The notes: generated by a model from the letters alone, not told the origin. Numbered from the stretch's first letter, positions 1-13,628 are shown. The stretch is DNA of 32,000 bases from Wallemia ichthyophaga EXF-994 (GCF_000400465.1 NW_008806281.1:240001-272000); one strand, 5' to 3'. Program-made: numbers and translations.

Positions 1-185
1 ATAACAGCTTTTGGAATCTTTGCTTTGTCTTCTTTGTTGGGAGCACCAGTCCTAAGAAACTAAGTCAGTGCTTGTACATCTAGATATCTTATAAATACAT
101 TTTCAATTTTACAAGTTGACGATCCTGGTTAAAGAATAGCCTTGCTACTAACGTCCAACACATTCCAGTGAAATTACTCAAAATA

Positions 186-3100
186 ATGAATGATTGTGGG
201 TAATTTAAAGTCTAGAGCACTAACCAATCTAACGCTCAATCTCAGCTGATGTAAATCATCAAGTTTCTATCCTGAAAGCTCTACGTAGACGATCACTATC
301 GCAAGGCCAGCGTACTGCAATTGATCCTGATCTACCACCGACCAAACAAGAAATTCAAAATGATAAAGCTTTGAATCAATATGTGAGTCGTGTTTATCTT
401 GATATTGAGTACCTCTCTTAGCCCCTTTTCCTAGTGGGTCCCTGCTTCTGCTCACCCAGAGACTACCACCCATCCAAATGAATTCAATCATTACGTTTCC
501 AATCACTCTCCTACACCATCAAACTCAGGCTCTCTTAGCAGGATTAGATCCTCCAGCTCTCATGGCTCTTCACTCTCCCGTAGAAAGTCAAAGCTATCAA
601 GACAATACACTCCAACTGAGGATGACGGCGTTGGCGATAATGATTTCATATCCCCATCCTCCTCCAAGCCAAGTTCTCTTAATTTGGTTCGTTTTCATCT
701 CCTAATGACGCGTAAACACTTACACATTCCAGCTCCAATCTCTCACAGAAGAGACTTCAAATGAAATGTCTCAATCAAATGATGAGAATTATCATGTTAA
801 AAATGATAATTATACTTCTAAACCCAAAAAACTCAAAAATGGCTCAAGAGTTGCGGTACCGTCATATCAAATTGATTCCGAAATTTTCTCATCGGACCAT
901 AGACCACCACCACGCCTCGACTTGTCCTTCAACCATAGCCTTCTTGATCATCCTATCAAGGATGATAGACCTCTATCCACTCTCACGAATGATATCTTTG
1001 ACGCCTATGCTATGGGTAATGAACGTGGCTCATTCAGTTCTGTCTCTTCTGCTATTTCTTCAGAGAATACTCACCCTTTCGAACACGACTTACGACTTGA
1101 CCAATCTCATTCTCACGATAGTTATACTCACGATAATCAGATTCACGACACTCAATTACACACCGAAGATGATGATGCCCAGACCATTCATGGCTCTCCA
1201 AATCAAAACAAGCAAGATACTCTCAAGATTGTCAATACCAATGTTTCACCTTCAAAGAGTTCTCTGAATACTCCAAACACTCTCAGGAACAACTCTATAT
1301 CCTCCACTGAAGACACAAACGAGTCTAATGAATCCACATCAGAAGAGATATCAGAGTCAGTTGAAACGGGTGAAAGTTACGAAACGATATCCAGTGAACA
1401 CGTTGACAATGCCTACATGGTAACAAAGTCTTTGAAAAACAGGGTTCAACCACCGACACCAATACCAAGCGAAATACCCCCACCAACTTCAAATCCAATG
1501 AAGATGTCGATGGATCTCTCAGTAGGCTCGCTTATACCGGAATTTCCCGCACAGACTAGACATACCAATATCAATAATATCAATACTAACATAAAAAAGA
1601 TTGATAGTGTGAACAGCTTTCCAAATGTTGACCAAATGCTATTCGAACCTTCGAGACCTGCTCCTGAACCTCCAACTCCAATAATCTTTTCTGATCTTCC
1701 TTCTCGGAACAACCCATCTCCTACACCTTCAACTGGCTCGTCTACCTCAAAGAAGAAGGGATGGAATTGGCTCAAAGAGAAGGAAAGAGCTAGGAATGAA
1801 CGTGCACTGAAAATGAAAGAACTCAAAGATGCCAAAGTTAGAGAAAAGCTTGAGTTAAAGGAGAAGGAGAAGCGTGAACGAGAAGAACGTCTAGCACGTG
1901 AGAAGGAGAAACGTCGTGAGATGGAAGAGAAAGAAAAGGCTAAAGCTAAATCTAAGAGTGACATGAAAGTGCGCGAGCGTGAAAAAAGAGATAAAGAGAA
2001 AAAGGAGCGTGAGTTGAAGAAGGAGAATGACTTAAAGGTCGCTCGCGAGGAAAAAGAGAAGAAGGAGCGTGAGGAGAAAGAGAAAAAAGACCGAGAAGAA
2101 AAAGAGCGGAAGGAGCGGGAACTTCAGAAGAAAGAGCGCGAAGAAAACGAAAAGAGGGAGCGTGAATCTGCCAAGAAGGAGCGTGAAGATCGTGAAAAGA
2201 ACGAGCGCGAGGAGAAAGAAGCCAAAATGAAAGAAGAGCGCGAAGCCAAGGAAGCCAAACTCAAAAGCGATCGTGAGGAAAAGGAATCTAAAGCTAGAGA
2301 GGCGCGCGAGGCTGAGGAGAGTAAACTTCAACGCGATCGTCAAGAACAAGAAGCTCGAGAAGCCGAATCTGAAGCCAAAGCCAAGGCTGAAAGAGAGGAT
2401 AGAGAAATCCAGATGAAAGCTGAGCGCGAGGAGATGGAACAACGAAAAATGAAGGAGCGCGAAGAAGAGCAAAGTAAGCTCAAAAAAGAACTGGAAGAGT
2501 TGGAGGAAAAGCTCAAGAAGGAGCAAGAAGAGAAGGAGGAAGAGGAGAGACTCATGAAGGAACGTTTAGAGCAAGAGGAGATTATAAAGAAGGAGCGTGA
2601 AGCTGAAGCCAAACTCAGACAAGAACTTGAAGAGCAAGAAAATGCTCTGAAGAGAGAGATCGAAGAGAGAGAACAGCGTGAGGAAGAACTTCACCGACAG
2701 CTTGAAGAAGAGGGGCAGCTCGAGAGAGAGCGTGAAGAAGAGCAGCTTCAAAAAGAACGTGAAGAGGCTGAACTCGAACTCCAAAGAGAGCGTGAGAAGG
2801 AGGAGCGTCTTAAAGAGCTTGCAGAAGCTGAGCTTGATAATCAGAGAGAGCTTGAAGAGAAGCAGCTTCAGAAAGAACTCGCTGATGCTGAGATCGAGCT
2901 CCAGAAAGCACGTGAGGAGGAAGAAGAAAATGCAAAAAAGGAGCGCGATGAGACCAAGAAAGTGGAGAGTGATAAACAGAAGAAAGAGTCCGAAAAGAAG
3001 CCCAAAGAGAAAAGACTTAAACCATCCTTCAAGCTTAAGAAATCTGATTCCGCAGCGTCATCTAAGTCAAGCAAAGAGGCAGCAAAGCAGGCAACCAAGG

Positions 3101-5839
3101 CCAAAGAGCAGGAGCGCGCTCGGGACAAGGAAGCGGCCAAGGAACGCAAAGAGGCAGCAAAGATTGCCGCAGCTCAGTCACGTGAAGCTGCTAAGAATAC
3201 TCAATCATCTCATATAGGATTCGTTGGCACTTTGTTCGGATCAAAGAAGAAGAGCAGCAGCAGTCTGAAGTCTAATTCTACTAAATCCTCAACAAGTGAT
3301 CAGCCAAAAGAGAAAAAGAAGAAAGACAAGGGTAAGAAGGAGAAGAAAGCCAATGATTCGGAACAAAAGCCTCAAGCACCGGCTAACATGTTTGACTATC
3401 GCTATCCTATCCAAATCGAACGTGCTATTTACAGATTGTGAGTCAGATATTAAATGTAAGGAAATGCTAACGAATAGCGCCTCAGGAGTCACCTCAAGCT
3501 CGCTAATCCACGCCGGTCACTTTACGAGCAAGTATTAATTAGCAACTTCATGTTCTGGTATTTATCAATAGTGAATCACCAGAATCAGAGGCAGGTTGAA
3601 GCTAGACACAGACAAGATGACCAGATTGAGGTGCACAGACAGGAGGAGTTTGTCGAGAATGCGGACCAAAACAGCTTTGTAAATTACGAAGCTTCGAGTG
3701 TGTTGACATCTTCACCTACACCTCAAAACTCGCCGACGCATCCATCCGTACCGGACTCACCTCCAACTCCAGCTTTGTCAGGCGAAATTCCCCTTCCTCA
3801 CGAGGAGCATGGAGAGGAATCTGAAGAGAAACATCCTTTGGCTCTCAATGAAGGTAGCGAGGAAGATTTAACGGAGGAGACACTGTCATCACTTACGAGT
3901 GATATAATACAAGAAATAGAAATTGGTGAGCCAGTTTTACCTGCTCAAGCAACCATGAAGGGACCGGAACGAGCTACAACTACTGCAAAAGCACCATCGC
4001 CATCACCTTCTCCACCTGAGATTCTACCTGAAGATGTACAAGAAGTTATCGCACCACCTGAATCGGTGTCTTCAGGTTCACCTTCACCCCCGATGGCACT
4101 TGATTCACCTATTGAGCTGGAAGAGGCGCGTATGTCACCATTAGCATCGTTTGAAGATCAGATCCAAAGACCAAGTGATCCACCAGTCGAGCGTCAAGAA
4201 GAGATGCAAAAGGAGCAGAAGCAAAAGCAAAAGCAGAGGGAGTCAGTAATAGCTGAGCCTCCTGTATCTTTACCTGTAATGACACAACCAGCGCGTCCAG
4301 AGACACCTCCTCAGCAACCACCTTCACCAGTTACAATACCAGCATCACCAGCTCAGCCACACCATGCACCAGCTCAACCATCGCGACCACCATCAACTGC
4401 ACGACAATTATTGAATATTGTGACACAGCAGCCTTCAAGATCACCATCACCGGGACCATCACCCTCATCTGTACCTGCACCCGTTTCATCACCTGTAGCC
4501 TCACCGGGACCATCACCACTTACGCAGAACAATCAACAGAGAAGCGCATCTCCAACACCAAAGAGAAACAGACTTACAAAGATGGTAAGCACAGGTAGCT
4601 TTAGAGGGGAGATTGGTATGAAGCAACCATCGTACGAAGATCCGTACAAAATGTTGGATAAGCCGAAGCAATCGCCGCATTCATTGACGTACTCTTCGCC
4701 AACGCAGTCGCAGTCACAGACAGTGATGCAACCATCTTCACCTAGACAGCAGTTTCCAGGAATGATACAGCAACCATCACCTAGACAGCAGTCTCCAGGT
4801 ATAATACATCAACCATCTTCACCTAGACAGCAATCTCCAGGTATGTTGCAGTTACCATCACCAAGGCAGCAGTCTCCAGGTATGATGCATCAACCTGCAA
4901 GACAACAGTCGCCAGTAATGATGTACCAACATCCAAGACAACAGTCGCCAGTAATGATGCACCAACCTCCACGACAACAATCACCAGTTATGATGCATCA
5001 ACCTCCAATACAACAATCATCATACATATTACAACAACCACCAAGACAACAAGGGTCACCGATAATGCGTACACCATCGCCTGCCCAAATGCAAGAATAC
5101 CAACAAGCGCAATTCGAACAACAACAAGCACCTGGAGGATCACAAATGTACGGACCATCACCATCACCACCACCAGTGCCATCACATTCACCTAGTCCAA
5201 TGCAACAAACGCAACAACAGAATCAAGGATTTGGGATGCATGGATGGGGAGTGTATCAACAGAATTCGCAGCATCATCAGCAATTAATGAAACAGCAGGC
5301 GTATATGCATCAACAGCAAGTACAACAACAGCAACAACAACAGGAGTTGCAGCAGCAAAGGTATATAAATGCGATGGCTATACAGGAAGTACGTCGTGGG
5401 TCGTGGTCGCCTGGGTCACAGATGCAACAACAACAACAGCAGTACCAACAACAACAACAGTACCAACAGCAGCATTATAGTGTGAGTGTGGAATTGGTGT
5501 GTAGTAGAAGAAAGCTAACTGAATTTGAAACAGCAGCAGCAGCCACCACCACCACAACAACCACAACATCAACATTACCAACAGCAACAACCACACCAAA
5601 ACTCACAAGACTCACAGCAACGTTCACATAAATCCAAGTACTTACCATCGCGTTCAAGTTCAGCTTCAAATGTACCAACGCAGAATAATGTTGGACGTCG
5701 ACCAAGTTTACCACATCTACAAACGTTGGGAGTAGATGAGAGAATAACGGCAAGTTCAGCACCTAGTTCACCGGCATCAACGGGGTTTGTAATTGAAGAC
5801 GCCCCGACTTTACCAGCGATGACATATGAGAATTTGTAA
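186..5839 (+). CDS. ZDS1: Zds1-like protein (Zds_C domain; PP2A-Cdc55 regulator family), ~1801 aa, 6 exons
   Basis: Manual splicing gives exons 186-195, 246-382, 435-686, 733-3437, 3486-5481, 5534-5839 (5406 nt, in frame). The intron at 3438-3485 joins RYPIQIERAIYRL to SHLKLANPRRSLYEQVLISNFMFWYL, the Zds_C motif. Upstream exons missing from the ORF track give LRRRS...IDPDLP, WVPASAHPE and LSRRKSKLSRQY, which resemble Zds-family N-terminal blocks. The true start may lie further upstream because the spliced frame stays open to the window edge. Confidence 0.85.
1780..3180 (+). repeat. Low-complexity E/K/R-rich coding region (single-alpha-helix/coiled-coil-like) inside the Zds1-like gene
   Basis: About 450 codons of REEKEKKEREE-type sequence with almost no Pro or Gly in the core; it also produces the long F/L/S-rich antisense shadow ORFs. 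Confidence 0.85.
4729..5070 (+). repeat. Coding minisatellite, ~9 imperfect copies of 33-42 bp encoding (Q)P(S)xPRQQSP(G/V)MMH
   Basis: Units read directly: QPSSPRQQFPGMIQ, QPSPRQQSPGIIH, QPSSPRQQSPGMLQ, LPSPRQQSPGMMH, QPARQQSPVMMY, QHPRQQSPVMMH, QPPRQQSPVMMH, QPPIQQSSYILQ, QPPRQQGSPIMR. Confidence 0.9.
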
Positions 5840-7418
5840 CTTTTTATCAAGGTGTCTTAATTTCATCATGGCATGAGTTGTGCTCGTTAGACGGTCATCA
5901 GATATGTTTTGATTGATAGATTAGAGCTACTACGATGATATAGCGCGCACGAATGGCGGTCGTACAGACACAGGTGTTGATTATCGCGTTGTGAGCGAAG
6001 TGGCTGAGTAAGTCCACAGTGGGCAGTAGCCATACGAGCGGAAGGCTTACAGATACGGCCGTTGCTATCGTGGATGCCCCTTCCGAAAATACCATTCGAT
6101 GAGAATTTCGGTAAAATGATCTTCTCGTTGGCAGATCTGGCAATTGGAGTAAATGTAGATATAATTTCAGCTGAGACTGCGGGTGGCGGCAAAAGAGACC
6201 ATCTATTTCACCTCCTGTAGAAACCCAACCCGGTCGTTATTTTCTTCTCCACTAGAGGCACACCGGAGTCCCTCATGGGCGTGCTTGTCATGTCTACTCT
6301 CGATTTGCTCCTGCACGAACAGTACACGCTCAGCTTATTATAAATGGCGCTTAGCGTGCATTAACAGAATACTCTTTCAACTAGGTACCTTCGATACTCG
6401 CTCATTTTTGGTCGAAGCGGATAGCCTCTTTTTCGGTCATCAGCGTGGTCGTCTTTGCAGCTGTGAATGTGTCCATGTAAGGAAATGGTTGTAGACCGGG
6501 TGGTCATACGAGGTATCAAACTCACACTCACGCTCCCTCTAGATACGGCATGGAAGTTGTGCAATCGACATATCTACACCACCACGTGGGGAGGAAGGGC
6601 CATCGATACATCTTCACGGTCTATTTGTACCCTACCTACCTCAGCTACGACGTGCCAACCAGACACACTCACTCTTCTCCAATTCTGTACTCTCGATCGT
6701 GCCGCAACTAATCCTATCGCATAGATTGGGTTTTTGTAGAGCAAAGCGATTCTCTCACTCGCCTGCTTTTCGCAGAATATGCGTTTTACACTTTAAATAG
6801 GGTGCGTTCATCGCAGGAGCAACGCATCAACGCATAATCACAAACCTCACTCCTAATAGTATTTCCTCTGGTACATCTAGCTCTTGCCTGTCGATCTGTC
6901 GTCTTTGAATCTCTTTACTAAGCAGAAATTGAGAATCACAGTATGTTGACTTGCTCCACTGGCTCATTGGCTGTCTATCGCATACGGGTTGGAGCTCGTC
7001 TGCCAGCGTCTGTTTAGACCCCTTTGGATGGCAAGTCTGCTCTTGTTTGCTAGCAACACTTATATACCTGCAACATTCATCGGAAACACACTCACACGCG
7101 CACACAAATACCAAATTCAAGCAAGCAAAATAATGTCTTACTATGCAGAATTCGATTGTTTGACAATGCTCATCTTTCAAAGATTGATGTTTACATTGAG
7201 TGTCTTGTTTTGTTGCGTTGTGTTCAATTCGATAGCTAGAAGTGTGAAGTGTGAAATACAAACTGTATAGAGGTTGTCCTGGAAAAAGCCTGATAAAGTT
7301 TAAATTGTCCATCTTGAGAGCCAACAGCATGTGCAGGAGTGTTGATATTGAAGAAGGTAATCACAACGCGTGAAGCTCCATCGGCACGTTCAGCGTTGTG
7401 GTTGCGGATTTCCCTCTG

Positions 7419-7494
7419 GTACCTTCTCTTGTGCTTTGTCAAATCATGATTCTGCGTAAAGTGCATCGCAGATATCGCATTTTTAAGGCTTCTC
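7419..7494 (-). pseudogene. Decayed C2H2 zinc-finger remnant
   Basis: Minus strand reads EKP-[TAA]-KCDICDA-[frameshift]-FTQNHDLTKHKRR-Y, matching EKP(Y/F)xCx2Cx3Fx5Lx2Hx3H with a stop at the aromatic position, a 2-nt loss before F and the last His replaced by Tyr (TAC). Confidence 0.7.
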
Positions 7495-8389
7495 CGCTGG
7501 AAGAGTGTGATGAGGTTTTGGATGTTTGTTAGGCTTGCGAGGTTTTGGCTTTCTGAGCTGGAGTGGGGTAGGATGGTTCAACTCGACGTCTGGCTGGTGA
7601 CGGTCCAAGCCTGTACCTGTATTATAATTGACGATTGGAGATGCGTCTCCAGTTCCCGATAATTGCCTTATACCGCGTTTTAATCCCTCCTGGTCGTAAA
7701 AAATGGGCCTAAACGTGGGATTATCGCACAGCACTGATTGAGATGCTTATACTCGTTGAGCTGCTTGAAATTAAAGTATTAATTATTGGAATTTTGGTGA
7801 CTTAAATTAGAGAGAGAAGCGGGTGAATATCATAGCCAAGATACTCCATCGGATAATAAGTAAATCACATCGAAATTACTCTAGAGCTTAAAATATTAGC
7901 TCTGCGTTAGCCACAATGTTGAGGAATGCTTGAACTTCTTATGTTTGTCAGTTCAGTCAGGCCACAAAAATTTCCATCCAGGCTGCTGAGGGCGCACCGA
8001 TATCCAACAAATATGCGTAATTAGGAATCCATAGGAATACATTGGTCAGCTACGAAGCTCAAAGTCCCTCAAGGCTGATGGCCAACGCTTTTTGTATTTA
8101 AGCCAGCCACAGGGTGGATCTAGATAATTAATTCATATAATATGCAATTTCATCATAGAAAGAAGCATGGAGCGCTCACAAATTGGTTCAGCAGGTATTT
8201 GAAAAGTCATTGGCTTTGCTGTACTGCACATATAAGTAGTCCTTGGCAGGTGAAAGGACAGAAGAATGGCAACAAGAGAATATTCCCGTGTTGTAGATTC
8301 GAATGCATTGTAAATTGTAACTAATATTTATGTGTTTTCACCGCGAGCAGAACCGGCACCAGAACGACCAGAACGACGACCACCATTAA

Positions 8390-8885
8390 ATGTTCGCAAC
8401 TCACGCACGTCAAGGATTAAAGAATTTAGTTCCACCAAAGATAGCAACACCAGGTGCAGTAGTGAGTTGTTAACACCGTTTACAACCTCAAACAACTCAC
8501 AAATCCAAGTCTGGCTCTGAGGGCGGTGCTAGAATGAACTCCGTTATTGAGTTTTATAGCAAATTACCAAAAGGTAACGCAGCTCCAAAGTCTAGTGGTA
8601 TCAAAGGCAAATACTTTGATGGCTCAAATTCATCACGTACTCCATTACTCGCAACGATTGGTGGATTATTCTTATTCGGATATACGCTTGATTGTGAGTT
8701 TTTATCTTTTTCTTATGATTATTTCTTACATTTGATAATCAGACAACCGTAAGTTGATTGGAATTCCTTTTGTCTTTCTCACTAACTCGTTCTTTCTCCC
8801 CAGTTCACCTCAGTGAGTTGGATTTTTATGATACACTCACACCAACTGACATACCCTAGAGCACCACAAGAACAACCACCATTAG
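8390..8885 (+). CDS. ATP17: Mitochondrial ATP synthase subunit f, 98 aa, 5 exons including 6-nt and 9-nt microexons
   Basis: Exons 8390-8461, 8510-8693, 8743-8748, 8804-8812, 8860-8885 give MFATHARQGLKNLVPPKIATPGAV...VIEFYSKLPKG...LFLFGYTLDYNLHLKHHKNNHH*, typical of fungal subunit f. Confidence 0.92.
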
Positions 8886-9005
8886 ATTCTTTTAATATCT
8901 TGTGCTTGATGAATGAATCCTTATCCTTACATGTCTTTACATGAGGCCACATGCTTCTGATTACCTTTACTTACCTTTGCTTACCCTTGCATCCACTCCA
9001 TCATC

Positions 9006-10356
9006 ATGTCCCAACTGTCCAGTGAATTTGAAATCGACGATGACCACCAAAGAATGTTGGACTTAGATGAAATTCAACGAAACAACGATGAATTCCTCGT
9101 GGCGTACCCATTCAACTTTATTAAATGGTCCAGATTATGGCAGTAAGTTGGTTTGGCTGCATATACCCTTTTCCTTATGTACAACACGTAGAGGCTCTTC
9201 AAGGATCATCACTACTGATTTGGAACAAGGCATTTATCCTTTCGGTAAAGGTAAAGGTAAACCTATTGAAGTCTTTATCGGTATGACGAAGAGGAATAGA
9301 TTGGAAATTCTCATCCCTTACTCAATGATTTCTGAAAGGTTCAAAGACATAAAGCAAAATGATTTTGAAAACATTCACTTCTATCACTTTGTTTCTCCTG
9401 CACACTTTCAAACTTTAGAAGACTTCCTTGGTTTTGCTAATATTCAAGATAAGAAGAGCGGTATCTTTAAGATAAATAAACGCTATAAGCGCGATAGATC
9501 TAAATATCGCGTTACTCATAACGTCGTACTTGAGAAAAAGTACTTTGAAATGTCTAGGCGTTTCTATCGGCTTATTAAATTGGCAGATGATCAACTTAGA
9601 GGTAGTGTCATTGCTATGGATTGGATAACAAATCCCAACACAAATATCATTCAAGGTCTCAGCATATTCGTACTTGATAAAACTAAATCGAATCACTATC
9701 AGGATTGGGTTACGGTCACTGATACTTATACTGAAAACAAGGACGAAGTTGAAAGACGATATTTGAAGAGATACGTACAAGCTATCCTTGACACCAAGAC
9801 TTCCGATCAAGATGAGTGTCGAATGATCATCGTTAAGAAGTCAATGCTACCCCAAGACATGGATAGGACAAAAGATGCGCTCAAGCAGTTTCTTCCTGAT
9901 AATATTTTTGAGGGTATGCAAATGGACATTAGTAGTAGGGTTCATGATGAATTGAATGTTATAAGGCGAACAGTTGAACCTTTCAATATCTACGGTATAA
10001 CGAGTCTCATACCACTTTATCACGCCCTATGCTCTGATGTCACCGGTGAAGAGCCTAGTTATAGACGCATGCTCGATGCTATTGGTATGCCCTTAGACGA
10101 TCAAGAGATGGTTGATATTTTGGAGAATAACGCTGTGCATTTGCTCAATCTTGCAGATTGCTTACTCACATCTACTTTTATAGATTATCAGAAAATGATA
10201 CAGTTCCCAGAAACCCACAAGGGTACTAGACCCGCAGAGGAGTCATCCGATGAAGACAGCGAAGATCAAGATGACGATGAGGTGAGTGTGTTTATTTATT
10301 TATAAATAAATAACTCATTGCTGACACACATGCAGAAGATGGAAAATTATCTCTAG
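9006..10356 (+). CDS. Uncharacterised ~415 aa protein, possibly a degenerate Gfd2/YDR514C-like (DEDDh RNase H-fold) family member
   Basis: Exons 9006-9142, 9192-10281, 10336-10356 are in frame with canonical splice sites. The segments VIAMDW..IIQGLSIFVLD, LIPLYHAL, SYRRMLDAIGMP and ENNAVHLL weakly parallel the FVAIDVE..EIGIA.LD / DT..L / SL..LL..LGIP / HNAGNDA pattern. The CDS is well supported; the family call is tentative. Confidence 0.6.
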
Positions 10357-10531
10357 ACAGAAATTCACGCTGGTTTCATGTTTACGTTATGCATTCAGTC
10401 GAGAAGGCTTTCAAAATTAAATTATGTAATTGATTTGGATAGATCAAGGTGTATAAATATCACAAATAGTCATACAAACCAGTGGAACATTAATAAGATG
10501 GCGCATAGGGTATTTACAAACAGCAGCAAAA

Positions 10532-12005
10532 TTAATCTTTAAGCTCCTTCTTCATGATAGCCTCCATAGCATCAAAGTCTGAAGTATCCACCTTGATTAT
10601 TTCCTTCTTAAGGGTTTCCTCAATAGAATTCATAACTTTCCAGGATTCCTTATCATGAATGAAATTGACAGCAAGTCCCTTCCTACCGAATCTACCAGTT
10701 CTACCAATTCTATGTAAATATGTCTCGCTATCAGGTTTTCCTGACGCAGTCTTTGGCATATCGTAATTAATCACCATGTTTACTTGACTAATATCGATAC
10801 CTCTAGCAATAACGTTTGTGGTGATGAGAACTTTAGTTTTACCATCTCTGAAAGAATCAATGGTTAGATCTCTCTCGCTAGATTCCTGTTTACCGTGGAG
10901 TGAGACAACGGTGTGTCCTTCAGCAGTCATACGATGAGCGATTTCGTCAGCTGTATCTCTACGATGAACGAAAATGATGGACTGTCCGACAGTCATGAGC
11001 TCGTATAATTCGACCAAGACTTTAAATTTATGTTCCAAGTTATCACAATCCATGTAGAATTGCTTTATTCCTTCTACAGAGAGTTCTTCTTGTTTAAGTC
11101 TGATTTCATTAGCTGCAGGTGCGAATTTAGCAGCAAAATTTCTAACGATATCGGGGAATGTAGCGGAGAAGAGAAGAATTTGAGGTTTGGAAGTGATGAG
11201 GTTTTTAGCTTTAATGGATTGGTCACCCATAGAATGTTGGTCTAACATGTTATCAGCCTCATCCAAGACAAAAACCTTGACTTCTTTTGCGTTTATTTGA
11301 CCTTTACGTACAGCGTCAACGAGGGCGCCTGGGGTTGCCACAATAACTTGAGCGTCTACTTTAGACCCTTTAGGGATAGCATCCTTTATAGCGAAAGCAG
11401 TTTTTACGTTTGTGAATTGACCCATTTGTTGAATAACCGACATTGTTTGTCTGGCGAGTTCTCTAGAAGGGGAGAGAACAACAGCTTGGGGATTTGAGGA
11501 ATCATAATTTATACGTGATAGGATAGCTAAAGCGAAGGCAGCAGTTTTCCCCGTACCTGATTGAGATTGTGCAATCATGTTGCGAGGTGGATTTTGGAGG
11601 AGGAGTGGAAGGGCTCTTTCTTGAATTTTGGATGGTTTTTGAAATTTCATGGCGTAGATACCTTTTAAGAGGTTTTCGTGGCTGTAAGTGTGTGTTTAAG
11701 GGGGAGTTGTGCTAGCTCAACAGACACACTCACAGTCCGAGCTCTTCGAAAGTGCTAGCAGAGTATAAGGGAGAATTTGGATCAGCTTGTTGATCAGCGA
11801 GAGTGACGGAGACTTCTAGTTCTTGTTTTGGTTGCTGTGGTTGCTGTGGTTGGTCTCCTTGTTCCGCCTTCTCTCCTTGATCCGCCTGCTCCGCCTTCTC
11901 GGTAGACAAACCACCAATTCTATCTGCTAGGCTTGTAACGTTATCCTGCTGCTCAGGGTTGTTATTAGATTCAGTTATCCAGCCTTGCTCGTCGTCTTGT
12001 GGCAT
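10532..12005 (-). CDS. DBP5: DEAD-box RNA helicase Dbp5 (mRNA export)
   Basis: FQKPSKIQERALPLLL, AQSQSGTGKT, DEAD, SAT, HRIGRTGRFG and the Dbp5-specific EGIKQFYMDC. One intron (11682-11733) joins the 11730-12005 and 10532-11650 ORFs. Confidence 0.96.
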
Positions 12006-12065
12006 GATGGTTTAAGTGAAGAAGCTCCTTCTGCCCAAACGACCAAGTTCTTCTCTTTTTTTAAA

Positions 12066-13461
<1,396 letters not shown>

Positions 13462-13628
13462 GTTAATTTGATATAGATGATTTGTGTGATAAATTGCAAA
13501 ACTTCACCAAAGAAGGAGCGACCAGTTGAGAGGATTAAAGGAATGTATATCATATAGTCAATGTAGTTAGAATATCCACAAATAAGACATGTAAATAAAA
13601 ATAAGTTCAAATTTTATTAAAAATTTGA

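Noticed and set aside
267-705. ORFs 267-506 (-) and 478-705 (+)
   Set aside because: They overlap the true upstream Zds1 exons, which lie in another frame and carry family motifs and canonical introns.
1446-3217. Several long F/L/S-rich antisense and alternate-frame ORFs (1446-1964, 2032-2526, 2340-2612, 2678-3217, 2868-3149)
   Set aside because: Shadow frames of the purine-rich E/K/R repeat in the Zds1-like gene; no independent coding signal.
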